A DNA stretch of 64,000 nt from Thermoanaerobaculia bacterium. Lineage in GTDB: Bacteria > Acidobacteriota > Thermoanaerobaculia > Multivoradales > Multivoraceae. The DNA lies in contig OY762911.1 in assembly GCA_963666565.1 (NCBI GenBank), positions 3,840,001-3,904,000 on the forward strand, written 5' to 3'. The notes under the pieces are model-generated. The model worked only from the letters and a program-made list of their open reading frames with translations. It was not told where the DNA came from and did no database searches. Below, piece after piece: positions 44,060 through 55,175 of the stretch (positions within the stretch are counted from its first letter, which is position 1; each line of letters starts with the position of its first letter). A program made the position numbers and the translations under genes.

Positions 44060-45727
44060 TTGGCCGCAGCCCCCAGTTCGTCAGGCGCTCGCGCCTCGGC
44101 CGCCACGCTTCCGATCCCGGATCTCCTGAACCGGACGCCCTTTCTCGGCATCGACAGGAAGGCCCTGTCGGACCTGCTCGGCCTCGCCATCCTCGGCCGG
44201 GAGATCGGAACCGAGTTCCACGACCTGATGGCGGAGACGGAGACGCCGCCCACCTCCTGGCGGCCGGAGTTCTTCGAGCAGGACCTGTTCATCGACCGCC
44301 TGATCGCGGAGAGCTTCGAGATCGAGATGGACGGCGTCCGCTATCCGATCAACGAGCGCTTCCTGCGGCGGGCGCTGTCCGCCACGCCCACCGACCTGGA
44401 GACGATCGAGTTCCGGCAGTCGATCCTGCGCGAGATGGACGAGGACGAAGAGGTGCTGGCCTCGGCGGAACGCCTCTACCGCGAGCTGTTCGCCCTGCTG
44501 TCGCTTCACCGCACGCCGCGCTACCACCGCATCGTCGACACGGCGGCCCACAACCTGGACATCCTCAAGCAGAGCCGCCTCGTGATCGACCTGATGCACG
44601 ACCGGTTCGAATCGGCCCGGTCCGGTCTCCGGCGCCTCCACGAGGGAGCGGCCGCGATCCACGAGACGGAGGAGTACAGGACGCTCGCCGCCCTGCTCGA
44701 CTACGAGGACCGGCTCGCCCAACTGAACCTCGACATCGCCCTGGGCGGCGACGGCCGCATCCGCCGGGTCGAGGTCCGTTCGCTCGACGAGTGCAGCGAC
44801 AACCCCTTCTGGACGCGGCCCGTCAAGCGCTTCCTGGACCGGCTGAGGCTGGGCATCGGCGGCTACTCGATGACGAACCGCGAACTCCTGAACCGGGTGA
44901 TCGAGCGGGTCTACGTCTCGCTGTCCCCGGCCCTGATCCCGCTGATCCAGATGCTCGGCCAACTGGAGCTCTACCTGGCGGTGCGCGCGCTCCGGGACCG
45001 CGCGGCGGGACGCGGCCTCGCGATGTGCATCCCCGAGATCGCTTCCGGCGACGCCACGGGTCCGGGGTTCGTCTGCGAAGACCTGTGGAACCCGCTGCTG
45101 CTGCACCAGGAGCAGCCGCCCGTCCCCTGCACCGTGAAGGCCGGCGGGAGCGTGCCGATCACCGTCGTGACCGGGCCCAACTCGGGCGGCAAGACGCGGC
45201 TGATCCAGGCCATCGCACTGGCGCAGTTGCTCGCCCAGTCGGGCCTCTACGCGCCCTGCGCGCGGGGCCTCCTGCGAGTCCAGAACGGGCTCTTCGTCTC
45301 CCTCATCGAACGCGAGAGCGCGGACCAGGTCGAGGGACGCCTCGGCCGGGAGCTGGTGCGCATCCGCACCCTGTTCGAGGAGATGGAGCAGGGTTCGATG
45401 GTCATCCTGGACGAACTCTGCTCGGGCACCAACCCGTCGGAGGGCATCGAGGTCTTCACCCTCGTCCTCCAGTTGCTACGGCGGGTCGATCCGGTGGCCT
45501 ACGTCACGACCCACTTCCTCGACCACGCCCGTTCACTGGAGCGGAACCACCACGAACTGGGGCTGGAGTTCCTCCAGGTCGAGCTCGACGACGCCCGCCG
45601 GAGCACCTACCAGTTCAACGGCGGCGTCGCGCGGACTTCCCTCGCGGCGCTCACCGCCGAACGCCTGGGCGTCACGTTCGAGAACCTGTCGACGGCCGTC
45701 GACCGCCGCCGGACGAAAGCCAGTTGA
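44060..45727 (+). CDS. MutS-family ATPase (domain V) lacking mismatch-binding and Smr domains
   Basis: LWNPLL, TGPNSGGKT, EGRLGREL, ILDELCSGTNPSEG, TTHF; start uncertain. Confidence 0.8.
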   Translation: MAAAPSSSGARASAATLPIPDLLNRTPFLGIDRKALSDLLGLAILGREIGTEFHDLMAETETPPTSWRPEFFEQDLFIDRLIAESFEIEMDGVRYPINERFLRRALSATPTDLETIEFRQSILREMDEDEEVLASAERLYRELFALLSLHRTPRYHRIVDTAAHNLDILKQSRLVIDLMHDRFESARSGLRRLHEGAAAIHETEEYRTLAALLDYEDRLAQLNLDIALGGDGRIRRVEVRSLDECSDNPFWTRPVKRFLDRLRLGIGGYSMTNRELLNRVIERVYVSLSPALIPLIQMLGQLELYLAVRALRDRAAGRGLAMCIPEIASGDATGPGFVCEDLWNPLLLHQEQPPVPCTVKAGGSVPITVVTGPNSGGKTRLIQAIALAQLLAQSGLYAPCARGLLRVQNGLFVSLIERESADQVEGRLGRELVRIRTLFEEMEQGSMVILDELCSGTNPSEGIEVFTLVLQLLRRVDPVAYVTTHFLDHARSLERNHHELGLEFLQVELDDARRSTYQFNGGVARTSLAALTAERLGVTFENLSTAVDRRRTKAS

Positions 45728-45751
45728 ACTCGCTCGAAGCGGCCGTCCGCT

Positions 45752-45889
45752 GGGTGCGCGGGTCTTCCGACCCGCCCGTGGGCGGCGCCGCCAAGCGGCG
45801 CAGCCCGGACAACAGGGCCGCCGGCCAGCGGCCGGCGACGATTTCGGAGGCCGCCTCCGGCGGCAGCGGGTCAGAAGACCCGCGCACCC
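45752..45889. mobile_element. REPIN-like element (inverted REP doublet)
   Basis: REP forward 45752-45775 and inverted 45866-45889; spacer matches the reverse complement of the 16757-16813 spacer plus an internal insertion. Confidence 0.75.
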
Positions 45890-45899
45890 GGCGAACCCC

Positions 45900-46592
45900 T
45901 CAGTACGGGACGCCGGTCGCCCGGCAGACGAAGCGCATCAGAGGCGACGCGGCGACGCAGAGTCCGGTGAACTCGTCGAGGAAGCCGGCGCCGAGCAGCC
46001 GCGTCTGGTTCAGGCGCGCCACGGCCATGAAGGACTTCCGCTTGATGTCGTCGATTCGGGGATGAGCCGCGTCGAAGCCGCGCGGCGCCCGCTTCAGACT
46101 CTCGCCGCCGAGTTCGAGATCCCCGCCGAGCCCCGGATTCCCGGTGACCTCGGCCCAGCCGTCCGCGTCTTCCACAATCTGCCGCCGGATCGCCCGCAGC
46201 GCCTCCGGGTGGGGCCGCCACATCCCCGCGCCCATGAAGACGCTTCCCGGCTCGATGTGGAGATAGAAGCCTGGTGCGTGGGCGTCCTTGTGCTGCTTGT
46301 GGCGGAAGTGGATGCCGGTATGGGTCTTGTAGGGGCGCTTGTCGCGCGAGAACCGCACGTCGCGGTGGATCCGGAACAGGGAGCCGCCGACCTTCTTCGG
46401 CACCGCCAGGAAGTTGCTCGAGACCTCGTCGATCCGGGTCCCGAAGTCGCTGATGAACTGCAGCGCCGGCTCGCGCACGACATCCTCGTAGCGCTCGCCG
46501 TTGGCCTTGAACCAGTCGCGCTCGTTGTTCTCCGCGAGTTCGCGCAGAAAGGCGAAGGTCTGTCTCGAAAACGGATTCTTCCATCGACTCAT
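45900..46592 (-). CDS. DUF2461 / TIGR02453 family protein
   Basis: FLRELAENNERDWF, FRIHRDVRFSRDKRPYKT, PGFYLHIEPG, LKRAPRGF; SD AGGAG. Confidence 0.9.
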   Translation of the reverse strand: MSRWKNPFSRQTFAFLRELAENNERDWFKANGERYEDVVREPALQFISDFGTRIDEVSSNFLAVPKKVGGSLFRIHRDVRFSRDKRPYKTHTGIHFRHKQHKDAHAPGFYLHIEPGSVFMGAGMWRPHPEALRAIRRQIVEDADGWAEVTGNPGLGGDLELGGESLKRAPRGFDAAHPRIDDIKRKSFMAVARLNQTRLLGAGFLDEFTGLCVAASPLMRFVCRATGVPY

Positions 46593-46712
46593 CGGGATTC
46601 TCCTGGCGATTCCGGCGAGCGGTTTCGGCCCGCGCGGGCGCCACGCGCGGAGCGCGCCGCCGCCGCGAAGTGTATTCTCCGAGGCCGCGCCGCAGAACAA
46701 GAGGAGACCCGA

Positions 46713-47459
46713 ATGGACATCTTCGTCGCCGAACTGGTCGGCACCGCGCTCCTGATCATCCTGGGCGACGGCGTCGTTGCCAACGTGGTCCTCGCCCGGA
46801 CCAAGGGGAACGACAGCGGCTGGATCGTCATCGCGACGGGCTGGGGGCTCGCCGTGGCGCTCGCCGTCTACTCCGTCGGCCGGATCAGCGGCGCGCACAT
46901 CAACCCGGCGGTCAGCGTCGGCCTGTGGTCGATCGGCGAACTCGAAGCGGCCCTGCTGCCGACCTACATCGGCGCCCAGCTGCTCGGCGCCTTCGCCGGA
47001 GCGGTCGTCGTCTATCTCACCTACCGTCCCCACTGGGCGGTCACGTCGGACCAGGCGGCGAAGCTCGGAGTCTTCTGCACCGCTCCGGAGATTCCCCGGC
47101 GCCGGGGCGCGAACTTCGTGACCGAGGTCGTCGGCACGGCCGTCCTGGTGTTCGGCGTGCTCGCCATCGCGGCCAACGCCTCCGAGCTCGCCGGCGAGAT
47201 CGACCTGTCGGCGGTGTTCGCCACCGGCATCAACCCCCTCCTCGTCGGCTTCCTGGTCTGGGGAATCGGACTCTCGCTGGGCGGGCCAACGGGCTACGCG
47301 ATCAACCCTGCGCGCGACCTCGGTCCCCGCATCGCCCACGCCGTGCTGCCCATCCCCGGCAAGGGCGGTTCCGACTGGGGCTACGCCTGGGTCCCGGTGG
47401 CCGGGCCGCTCGCCGGCGGCGTGCTCGGCGCCCTCGCCTTCCGCGGTCTCGGCTGGTAG
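46713..47459 (+). CDS. glpF: Glycerol uptake facilitator (MIP family)
   Basis: SGAHINPAVS and GYAINPARDLGPR; directly upstream of glpK. Confidence 0.93.
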   Translation: MDIFVAELVGTALLIILGDGVVANVVLARTKGNDSGWIVIATGWGLAVALAVYSVGRISGAHINPAVSVGLWSIGELEAALLPTYIGAQLLGAFAGAVVVYLTYRPHWAVTSDQAAKLGVFCTAPEIPRRRGANFVTEVVGTAVLVFGVLAIAANASELAGEIDLSAVFATGINPLLVGFLVWGIGLSLGGPTGYAINPARDLGPRIAHAVLPIPGKGGSDWGYAWVPVAGPLAGGVLGALAFRGLGW

Positions 47460-47480
47460 ATCCGGCGGTCGGTCGCAACC

Positions 47481-48968
<1,488 letters not shown>

Positions 48969-49015
48969 GCGCCGCCTGGGGTACGCTCTCGCTCTTGCAA
49001 CATCCGGAGAACGCC

Positions 49016-49843
49016 ATGACCGAAACAGCCGCCCGCCCCCGCGTCGCCGTCGAGATCGAGAACGGCGTCGCCGACGTCCGCCTCGACCGGCCGGACAAGC
49101 TGAACGCCCTGGACAACGCGATGTTCGACGCGATCCTCGACGCCGGCAACGCCCTCGCGGAGGACGCCTCGGTCCGCGCGGTCGTTCTCTCGGGCAACGG
49201 CAGCGCCTTCTGCGCCGGCCTCGACTTCTCCATCTTCAGCGCGATGAAGGACCGGACGTCCGGCGCCGCCGCGACCCGGGACCTCCTCGAGCGGACCGGA
49301 GACAACCCGGCCAACCGCTTCCAGTCGGCGGCCTGGATCTGGCACTCCATGCCGGTCCCCGTGATCGCCGCGGTCCACGGCTTCGCCTACGGCGGCGGCT
49401 TCCAGATGGCGGTCGGCGCCGACCTGCGCATCGTCCACCCCGAGGCCAGGCTCTCCGTGCGCGAGATCGTCTGGGGCCTGATCCCCGACATGACCGGACC
49501 CCAGTTGCTCCAGCACCTCGTGCGCGCCGACGTCGCCAAGGAACTGACCTTCACCGGCCGCGAGATCAGTGGCGTCGAGGCCGCCGAACTCGGGCTCGCG
49601 ACGCGGCTCTCCGAGCAGCCGCTCGACGAAGCGCTCGCTCTGGCGCGTGAGATCGCGGGCAACTCGCCGCACGCGGTCCGAGCCGCCAAGCAGGCGCTCG
49701 ACACGGCAAAGACGGCCGGCGTCCGCGAGGGACTCGAGACGGAGGAGCGCCTGCAGGTGAGCCTGATCGGCACGCCGAACCAGGTCGAGGCGATCGCGGC
49801 GAACGTCGAGAAGCGCCGGCCCACGTTCGCCGACGTCGACTGA
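49016..49843 (+). CDS. Enoyl-CoA hydratase/crotonase family protein
   Basis: RPDKLNALD, AFCAGLD, PVIAAVHGFAYGGG, WGLIPD. Confidence 0.92.
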   Translation: MTETAARPRVAVEIENGVADVRLDRPDKLNALDNAMFDAILDAGNALAEDASVRAVVLSGNGSAFCAGLDFSIFSAMKDRTSGAAATRDLLERTGDNPANRFQSAAWIWHSMPVPVIAAVHGFAYGGGFQMAVGADLRIVHPEARLSVREIVWGLIPDMTGPQLLQHLVRADVAKELTFTGREISGVEAAELGLATRLSEQPLDEALALAREIAGNSPHAVRAAKQALDTAKTAGVREGLETEERLQVSLIGTPNQVEAIAANVEKRRPTFADVD

Positions 49844-49853
49844 TCGCGGCCGG

Positions 49854-49918
49854 GACGGGCGGCCGCCGGCGGCGACGGGCGGCCGCCGGCGGTTGGGTGC
49901 GCGGGTCTTCCGACCCGC
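49854..49918 (+). repeat. 20-bp tandem duplication followed by a REP-like palindrome
   Basis: GACGGGCGGCCGCCGGCGG(C) twice (49854-49892); REP at 49895-49918; between convergent genes. Confidence 0.8.
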
Positions 49919-49986
49919 CTTCCGAAGTCCCGTGGGCGGTGGCCCCGCTCCGCCGGGCGGCGCCGGCGCACGCTCGCGCGGGGTCC

Positions 49987-52206
49987 CTACTCCAGGTGCC
50001 AGCCGTGGCCGCCCTGGATCTGCGCGCGCTGGGAATCGAAGGGCTCGCCGCCCGCCCCCGGCTCGACCCGCGTGTAGCTGCCGTCCGACTCGAGACGCCG
50101 GCAGTTCGCCGTGTCGACCAGGTGCGGCGCGAGAATGTCCCGGAGCGCCGCCTGCCGCAGGTCCGGATCGAGGATCGGACACAGCAGTTCGACGCGGCCG
50201 TTCAGGTTGCGCGGCATCAGGTCGGCGCTGCCGGTGAAGAGCTCCTCGTCGCCGCCGTTCCGGAAGTAGTACAGCCGCGAGTGCTCCAGGAAGCGCCCGA
50301 CGATCGAAGTCACCGCGATGTTCTCGGACAGGCCCGGCACCCCCGGACGCAGGCAGCAGATGCCGCGCACCTGCAGCAGCACTTCGACTCCGGCCTGGGA
50401 GGCCCGGTACAGCGCGTCGATGCACTCGCGGTCGACCAGCGAGTTCATCTTGAAGATCAGGCGGCCGTCTCCGCGCAGGCGGTGGCCCTCGATCTCCCGT
50501 TCGATCCGCTGGAGGAGTTCCCGGCGCATCCGGTCCGGCGCGACCAGGAGCCGGCTGTAGCGCTCCTCGCGGGCGTACCCGGTGATCGCGTTGAACAGCT
50601 TGGCCACGTCCGAGGCAATCTCCCCGTCGTCGGTCAGGAGTCCGATGTCCGTGTAGATGCGGGCCGTCACCGGGTTGTAGTTGCCGGTCGCGAGGTGGAC
50701 GTACGAGTGCAGCTTGCCCGTCTCGCGCCGGACCACCAGGCACATCTTGGCGTGGGTCTTGAGCCCCATCACGCCGTACACGACGTGAACGCCGGCGGCT
50801 TCCAGCGCCCGCGCCCAGCCGATGTTGTACTCCTCGTCGAAGCGCGCCTTCAGCTCCACCAGGACGGAGACCTGCTTGCCCTTCTCGCGCGCCTCCATCA
50901 GGGCCTCGACGACGGGCGAGTTCGCGCCCACCCGGTAGAGCGTCTGCTTGATCGCGATGACGTCCGGGTCGGCCGCCGCCTCCTGGAGCAGCCGCACGAC
51001 CGGGGAGAAGCTGTCGTAGGGGTGGTACAGCAGGTGGTCGCGCCGGCGGATAGCCTCGAACAGCGACTCGTCGCTCCGGAGCGCGGCGTGGCGGACGGGC
51101 CGAATCGCGTTGTCGCGGAGCTCCGGCAGGTCGAGGAAGGCGATCTCGCTCAGGTCGGCCAGGCCGAGCGGCGAGGGCAGGGTGTCGACCTGGAACGGCG
51201 CCAGCTTCATGTTCCGCGCCAGGAGCCTGCGGATCCGCTTCGGCATGTCCTCGCGCACTTCCAGCCGGACGACGGAGCCGAAGTGCCGCTGGCCCACGAC
51301 CTCGACGATCGCGCTCAGCAGGTCGCTCGCCTCGTCCTCCCCGACTTCGAGATCCGCGTCGCGCGTGACCCGGAAGGTGTAGGCGGCGGCGACCTCGAAT
51401 CCGGGGAAGAGCAGGTCGAGATTCGCCGCGATCAGCTCTTCGATCCAGACGAACCTGCCCCGCCCCGACTCGAGGCCGAGCTGGTCCCGGCCGCTGCCCG
51501 GCGCCCGCACCAGCCGCGGCAACGCCTGCGGCACCTTCACCCGGGCGAAACGCTCGCCCTGATTCCCGTCGTCGATGACCACGGCCAGGTTCAGACTCAG
51601 GTTCGACACGTGGGGAAACGGGTGGCCCGGATCGAACGCGAGCGGCGTCAGGACGGGGAAGATGTCGCGCTTGAAGTAGGCCCGCAGCTTGCGCTTCTTC
51701 TTGGCCGAAAGGGCGTCGTACGAGACGATCTCGATCCCCTCGTCGCCGAGCTTCGGCAGCAGGTCTTCGCGCCAACAATCGTAGAGGCGCCGGCGTTCCC
51801 GCTTGAGGTGGGAGCGGATGCCGGCCAACTGCTCGGACGGCGTCATGCCGTCCGGCGGCGCCTCGAGCGCGCCCCGCTCCAACTGCCGGCACAGGCCCGA
51901 GACGCGGACCATGAAGAACTCGTCCAGGTTGCTGCCGTAGATCGAGAGGAACTTGACCCGCTCGAGCAGCGGGTGCCGCGGGTCGCGCGCCTCCTCCAGC
52001 ACCCGGCTGTTGAACCGCAGCCAGCTCAGCTCGCGGTTGATGTAGTGCTCGGGAAGCCCCGGCGCGATGGCCGGCGCGGGCCGTCTGGAAGTCGGGCTCG
52101 TTTCCGTTTGCGCAGGTTCGGCCGGAACCGTCGCGGCCGACGGCTCGATCGGATCCTCAGCGACCGCACCTTCCAGATTCATCGAAACAACTGCCGGGTT
52201 CACCAC
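49987..52206 (-). CDS. ppk1: Polyphosphate kinase 1
   Basis: INRELSWLRFNSRVL, SNLDEFFMVRV, HPYDSF, IKQTLYR, ELKARFDE, KTHAK, GRFLEHSR, SADLMPRNL; start uncertain. Confidence 0.97.
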   Translation of the reverse strand: MVNPAVVSMNLEGAVAEDPIEPSAATVPAEPAQTETSPTSRRPAPAIAPGLPEHYINRELSWLRFNSRVLEEARDPRHPLLERVKFLSIYGSNLDEFFMVRVSGLCRQLERGALEAPPDGMTPSEQLAGIRSHLKRERRRLYDCWREDLLPKLGDEGIEIVSYDALSAKKKRKLRAYFKRDIFPVLTPLAFDPGHPFPHVSNLSLNLAVVIDDGNQGERFARVKVPQALPRLVRAPGSGRDQLGLESGRGRFVWIEELIAANLDLLFPGFEVAAAYTFRVTRDADLEVGEDEASDLLSAIVEVVGQRHFGSVVRLEVREDMPKRIRRLLARNMKLAPFQVDTLPSPLGLADLSEIAFLDLPELRDNAIRPVRHAALRSDESLFEAIRRRDHLLYHPYDSFSPVVRLLQEAAADPDVIAIKQTLYRVGANSPVVEALMEAREKGKQVSVLVELKARFDEEYNIGWARALEAAGVHVVYGVMGLKTHAKMCLVVRRETGKLHSYVHLATGNYNPVTARIYTDIGLLTDDGEIASDVAKLFNAITGYAREERYSRLLVAPDRMRRELLQRIEREIEGHRLRGDGRLIFKMNSLVDRECIDALYRASQAGVEVLLQVRGICCLRPGVPGLSENIAVTSIVGRFLEHSRLYYFRNGGDEELFTGSADLMPRNLNGRVELLCPILDPDLRQAALRDILAPHLVDTANCRRLESDGSYTRVEPGAGGEPFDSQRAQIQGGHGWHLE

Positions 52207-52245
52207 GGTAACTGCTGATTCTACACGGTTTCCGGCTTCGGATCG

Positions 52246-54216
52246 TCACTCCGCAAGCCGTCGCCCGACGACGACGAAGGTCACGTCGTCGGCCGGAGCT
52301 CCCCGCGGCGAGAGATCCTCCACCCAGCGCTCGAACTCCGCGACCGCCTCGCGCGGCGGCCGCTGCCCCACCTCGCGCCAGCGCTCGGCCACCGCCGGAT
52401 AGCCCACCGGTTCGCCGTCGTCCTTCAGCATCTCGGGCAGCCCGTCGCTCATCAGCAGCGCCGAGTCGCCGGGTTCCAGGCGCACCCGCCGGCATTCGTA
52501 CGAAGCGGCGGCCAGCGTGCCGAGCGGCACGCCCGAGCTCATGATCTCCTCGACCTCGCCCGAGGGACCGCGGCTGATCAGCACCGGCGGCATGCCGGCG
52601 GAAGACAGCTCGAGGACGCCGTCCAGGTAACGCGCCAGCACCAGGGCCATCGCCCGCCGGCCCAGGTTCATCGAACGGATGGTCGCCGTCGCCTGGGACA
52701 GGAACTCGGCCCCGCCGAGGTCCATGTCGGCGGAAGCCAGCAGCGTCTTGACCACGGTCACCATCGTGCCGGCCCGCGCCCCGTGTCCGGTGGCGTCGCC
52801 GACCGCGATGGTCAGCGAACCGTCCTTCCGGAGCCGGCTGAAGTCGTAGTAGTCGCCCCCGACCTCCGACGCCGTTCGCAGCAAGACGGCGATCTCGAGG
52901 TCCGGGTGCTCCGGCAGGGCAGCGGGCAGCAGCGAGAGCTGGAACTCGCGGGCCTCCTCCAGTTCCCGGGTCTGCCGCTCGTTCTCCGCTTCCAGCAGGC
53001 GCCGGTCGACCTCCTGCCGGCGGCGGTCGCGTTCCTGTTCCAGCAACTGCCGCCGGTTCTTCTCCTGGTCGCGGGCCATGCGGTTGAAGGCCTCGCCCAG
53101 CTTGCCGACCTCGTCCCGGCCGCCGCACCGCGACCGGGCCGCGGCGTCGCCGCGGGCGAGCCGGTCGACCTGCCTCGTCAGGTGGCTGAGCCTCCGCGTC
53201 AGGCGGTTCGACAGCGGCGCCACCGCCAGCAGGGACAGACTCAGCAGGCCGACGCCGACGCCCAGGTTGCGAAGCGAGGCGTTCCTCATCTCCGCGAGGG
53301 ACGCGCCGATGGGACGAACGACGCCGTACGTCAACTGCCCTTCCGGGGCGGTCTGGGTGACGACCATCCACTCGCTCATCCCCTCGCACAGTTCCTGGCG
53401 TCCCCCGGCCACGGCCTCCAGCAGGGGTTCGCCGCCGGCACAGTGGATGTTCTCGAGCAACTCGAGTTCTTCCGGCTCGGAGGAGGTGTAGATCTCGCCC
53501 TCGGCGTCGAAGGCGAACGGCACCGCGCCGCCGCGGCGCGGAATCCGGCGCAGGACGCTGCGCATCAGGCGCTCCGGCCGGACCGCGGCTTCCAGGTGGC
53601 CGACCAGAAGACCGTCCCGGTGTACCGGCGTCGAGATCGGGCCGCCAAGGGTTCGAGCGACCCAGTCCCGGGCGTTGCGCGCCCAGTCGGCGTCGTCCTC
53701 CCCCGCGGTTTCTGCGTCCTCCCCTTCAGCCGGCGGGGCTTCCCCGGGAGCGCGGCGCACCGGAAGCCGGCCCGGCGCGTCCGGGCGCGCCCAGAGAAAG
53801 CGCGGCGGTCTCCTCGCCCGTAACCCCGGCGCGCGGGCGCCGTCGGCATCCGGGTCATCGCCCTCGCGCAGCTCCCGAATCGCCGCAACGGTCTCCGCCG
53901 GCACGAGTTCGAGCGCGTCGACGAAGTCCGCCTCGTCGCCGAGCCTGCTGAACAGGAACTCGGCAAGCTCCTTTCGGTCCACGTACTGCGGATCGTCGAA
54001 CGGCAGCAACGTGCCGACCCTGCCGACCTCGCCCAGCAGCTCCTCGCGAGTGCGCCGCAGCCCGATCAGCATCTGCCGCGCGACCTCCTCCGCCTCGGCA
54101 AGCACCGCTGCCCGAAACGCGTTCGTGGACGAGACGTAGGAGTAGCCCACGATGCCGGCCAGGGGCAGCACGGCCAGCACCAGGAAAGCGAGGATGAGTT
54201 GGCTGCGGAGTTTCAT
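52246..54216 (-). CDS. Membrane sensor with HAMP and SpoIIE/PP2C phosphatase domains
   Basis: Two TMs, HAMP DEVGKLGEAFNRM, EVGGDYYD, GDATGHG, MSDGL, ADDVT. Confidence 0.92.
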   Translation of the reverse strand: MKLRSQLILAFLVLAVLPLAGIVGYSYVSSTNAFRAAVLAEAEEVARQMLIGLRRTREELLGEVGRVGTLLPFDDPQYVDRKELAEFLFSRLGDEADFVDALELVPAETVAAIRELREGDDPDADGARAPGLRARRPPRFLWARPDAPGRLPVRRAPGEAPPAEGEDAETAGEDDADWARNARDWVARTLGGPISTPVHRDGLLVGHLEAAVRPERLMRSVLRRIPRRGGAVPFAFDAEGEIYTSSEPEELELLENIHCAGGEPLLEAVAGGRQELCEGMSEWMVVTQTAPEGQLTYGVVRPIGASLAEMRNASLRNLGVGVGLLSLSLLAVAPLSNRLTRRLSHLTRQVDRLARGDAAARSRCGGRDEVGKLGEAFNRMARDQEKNRRQLLEQERDRRRQEVDRRLLEAENERQTRELEEAREFQLSLLPAALPEHPDLEIAVLLRTASEVGGDYYDFSRLRKDGSLTIAVGDATGHGARAGTMVTVVKTLLASADMDLGGAEFLSQATATIRSMNLGRRAMALVLARYLDGVLELSSAGMPPVLISRGPSGEVEEIMSSGVPLGTLAAASYECRRVRLEPGDSALLMSDGLPEMLKDDGEPVGYPAVAERWREVGQRPPREAVAEFERWVEDLSPRGAPADDVTFVVVGRRLAE

Positions 54217-54238
54217 CGTTCCGGTTCAACCAGGATCG

Positions 54239-55126
54239 TCAGGTTTCGTCAGGTTCGCCATCTTCCCCGGCGGTCCCGGACGCGAGGGCCGGCTGCTGCA
54301 CCGGCCTGCCGTCCTTGCGCCGGCCGGAGAGCGAACTGACGACGCCGTGGAGCGCCCGCACCTCGTGTTCCCTGAGTTCGGCGCGGTGGAGGATGCTCCT
54401 CAGGTTGCGAACCATGATGCCACGCTTCTCGGCCACCCGCAGGAAGCCGGAGGCGTCGAGCTCCTGCTCCAGGTGCTCGAAGAGGTTGACGAGTTGCGCC
54501 GAGGTCGCCGGAGGCGTCGACGAAACCCCCTCGCGGGTCGCCGCGCCGGCGGCGCCCCCGGCCCCGGCCCCGGCCTCCGCCTCGTACCAGGCCCAGCCGA
54601 CCAGCAGCACCGCCTGCGCCAGATTGAGCGAGGAGTACTCCGGATTCAGCGGTATGTGGACGATGTGCGAGGCGAGAGCGACGTCGTCGTTGTCGAGACC
54701 CGCCCGCTCCGGGCCGAACAGCACCCCGGAACGGCGGCCCCGCGCGGCCTGGCGCCGGATCTCCGAGGCCAGCTCCCGCGGCCCGATCACCGGCTTCAGC
54801 ATGTCCCGGCGGCGGGCGGTCGTGGCGTGGACCCGATGCAGGTCGGCCACCGCGTCCGCCGCACTCTCGAAGACCTGCGCCCCGTCGACGACGTCCCGCG
54901 AGGCGCCGGTGGCCATCGCCCGCGCCCGCTCGTTCGGCCAGCCGTCGCGCGGCGCCACGAGCCGCAGTTCCGTCAGCCCGCAGTTCAGCATCGCCCGCGC
55001 CGCGGCGCCGATGTTCTCGCCCAGTTGCGGCCCGACCAGGACGATGACCGGCCCCCGCGACGACGCTTCGGCCGCCTCCCGGGCCGACTCCGGCGCGCCG
55101 TCCTTCTCTGTTTGCCGATCCGCCAT
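54239..55126 (-). CDS. trmJ: tRNA C32/U32 2'-O-methyltransferase (SPOUT)
   Basis: ENIGAAARAMLNCG, TTAR, LFGPERAGL, YSSLNLAQAV; SD GGAG. Confidence 0.88.
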   Translation of the reverse strand: MADRQTEKDGAPESAREAAEASSRGPVIVLVGPQLGENIGAAARAMLNCGLTELRLVAPRDGWPNERARAMATGASRDVVDGAQVFESAADAVADLHRVHATTARRRDMLKPVIGPRELASEIRRQAARGRRSGVLFGPERAGLDNDDVALASHIVHIPLNPEYSSLNLAQAVLLVGWAWYEAEAGAGAGGAAGAATREGVSSTPPATSAQLVNLFEHLEQELDASGFLRVAEKRGIMVRNLRSILHRAELREHEVRALHGVVSSLSGRRKDGRPVQQPALASGTAGEDGEPDET

Positions 55127-55175
55127 CGCTCCGATGTTGCGTAGGCTACACAGGTGACTCCCGGCAGCACTCAAC

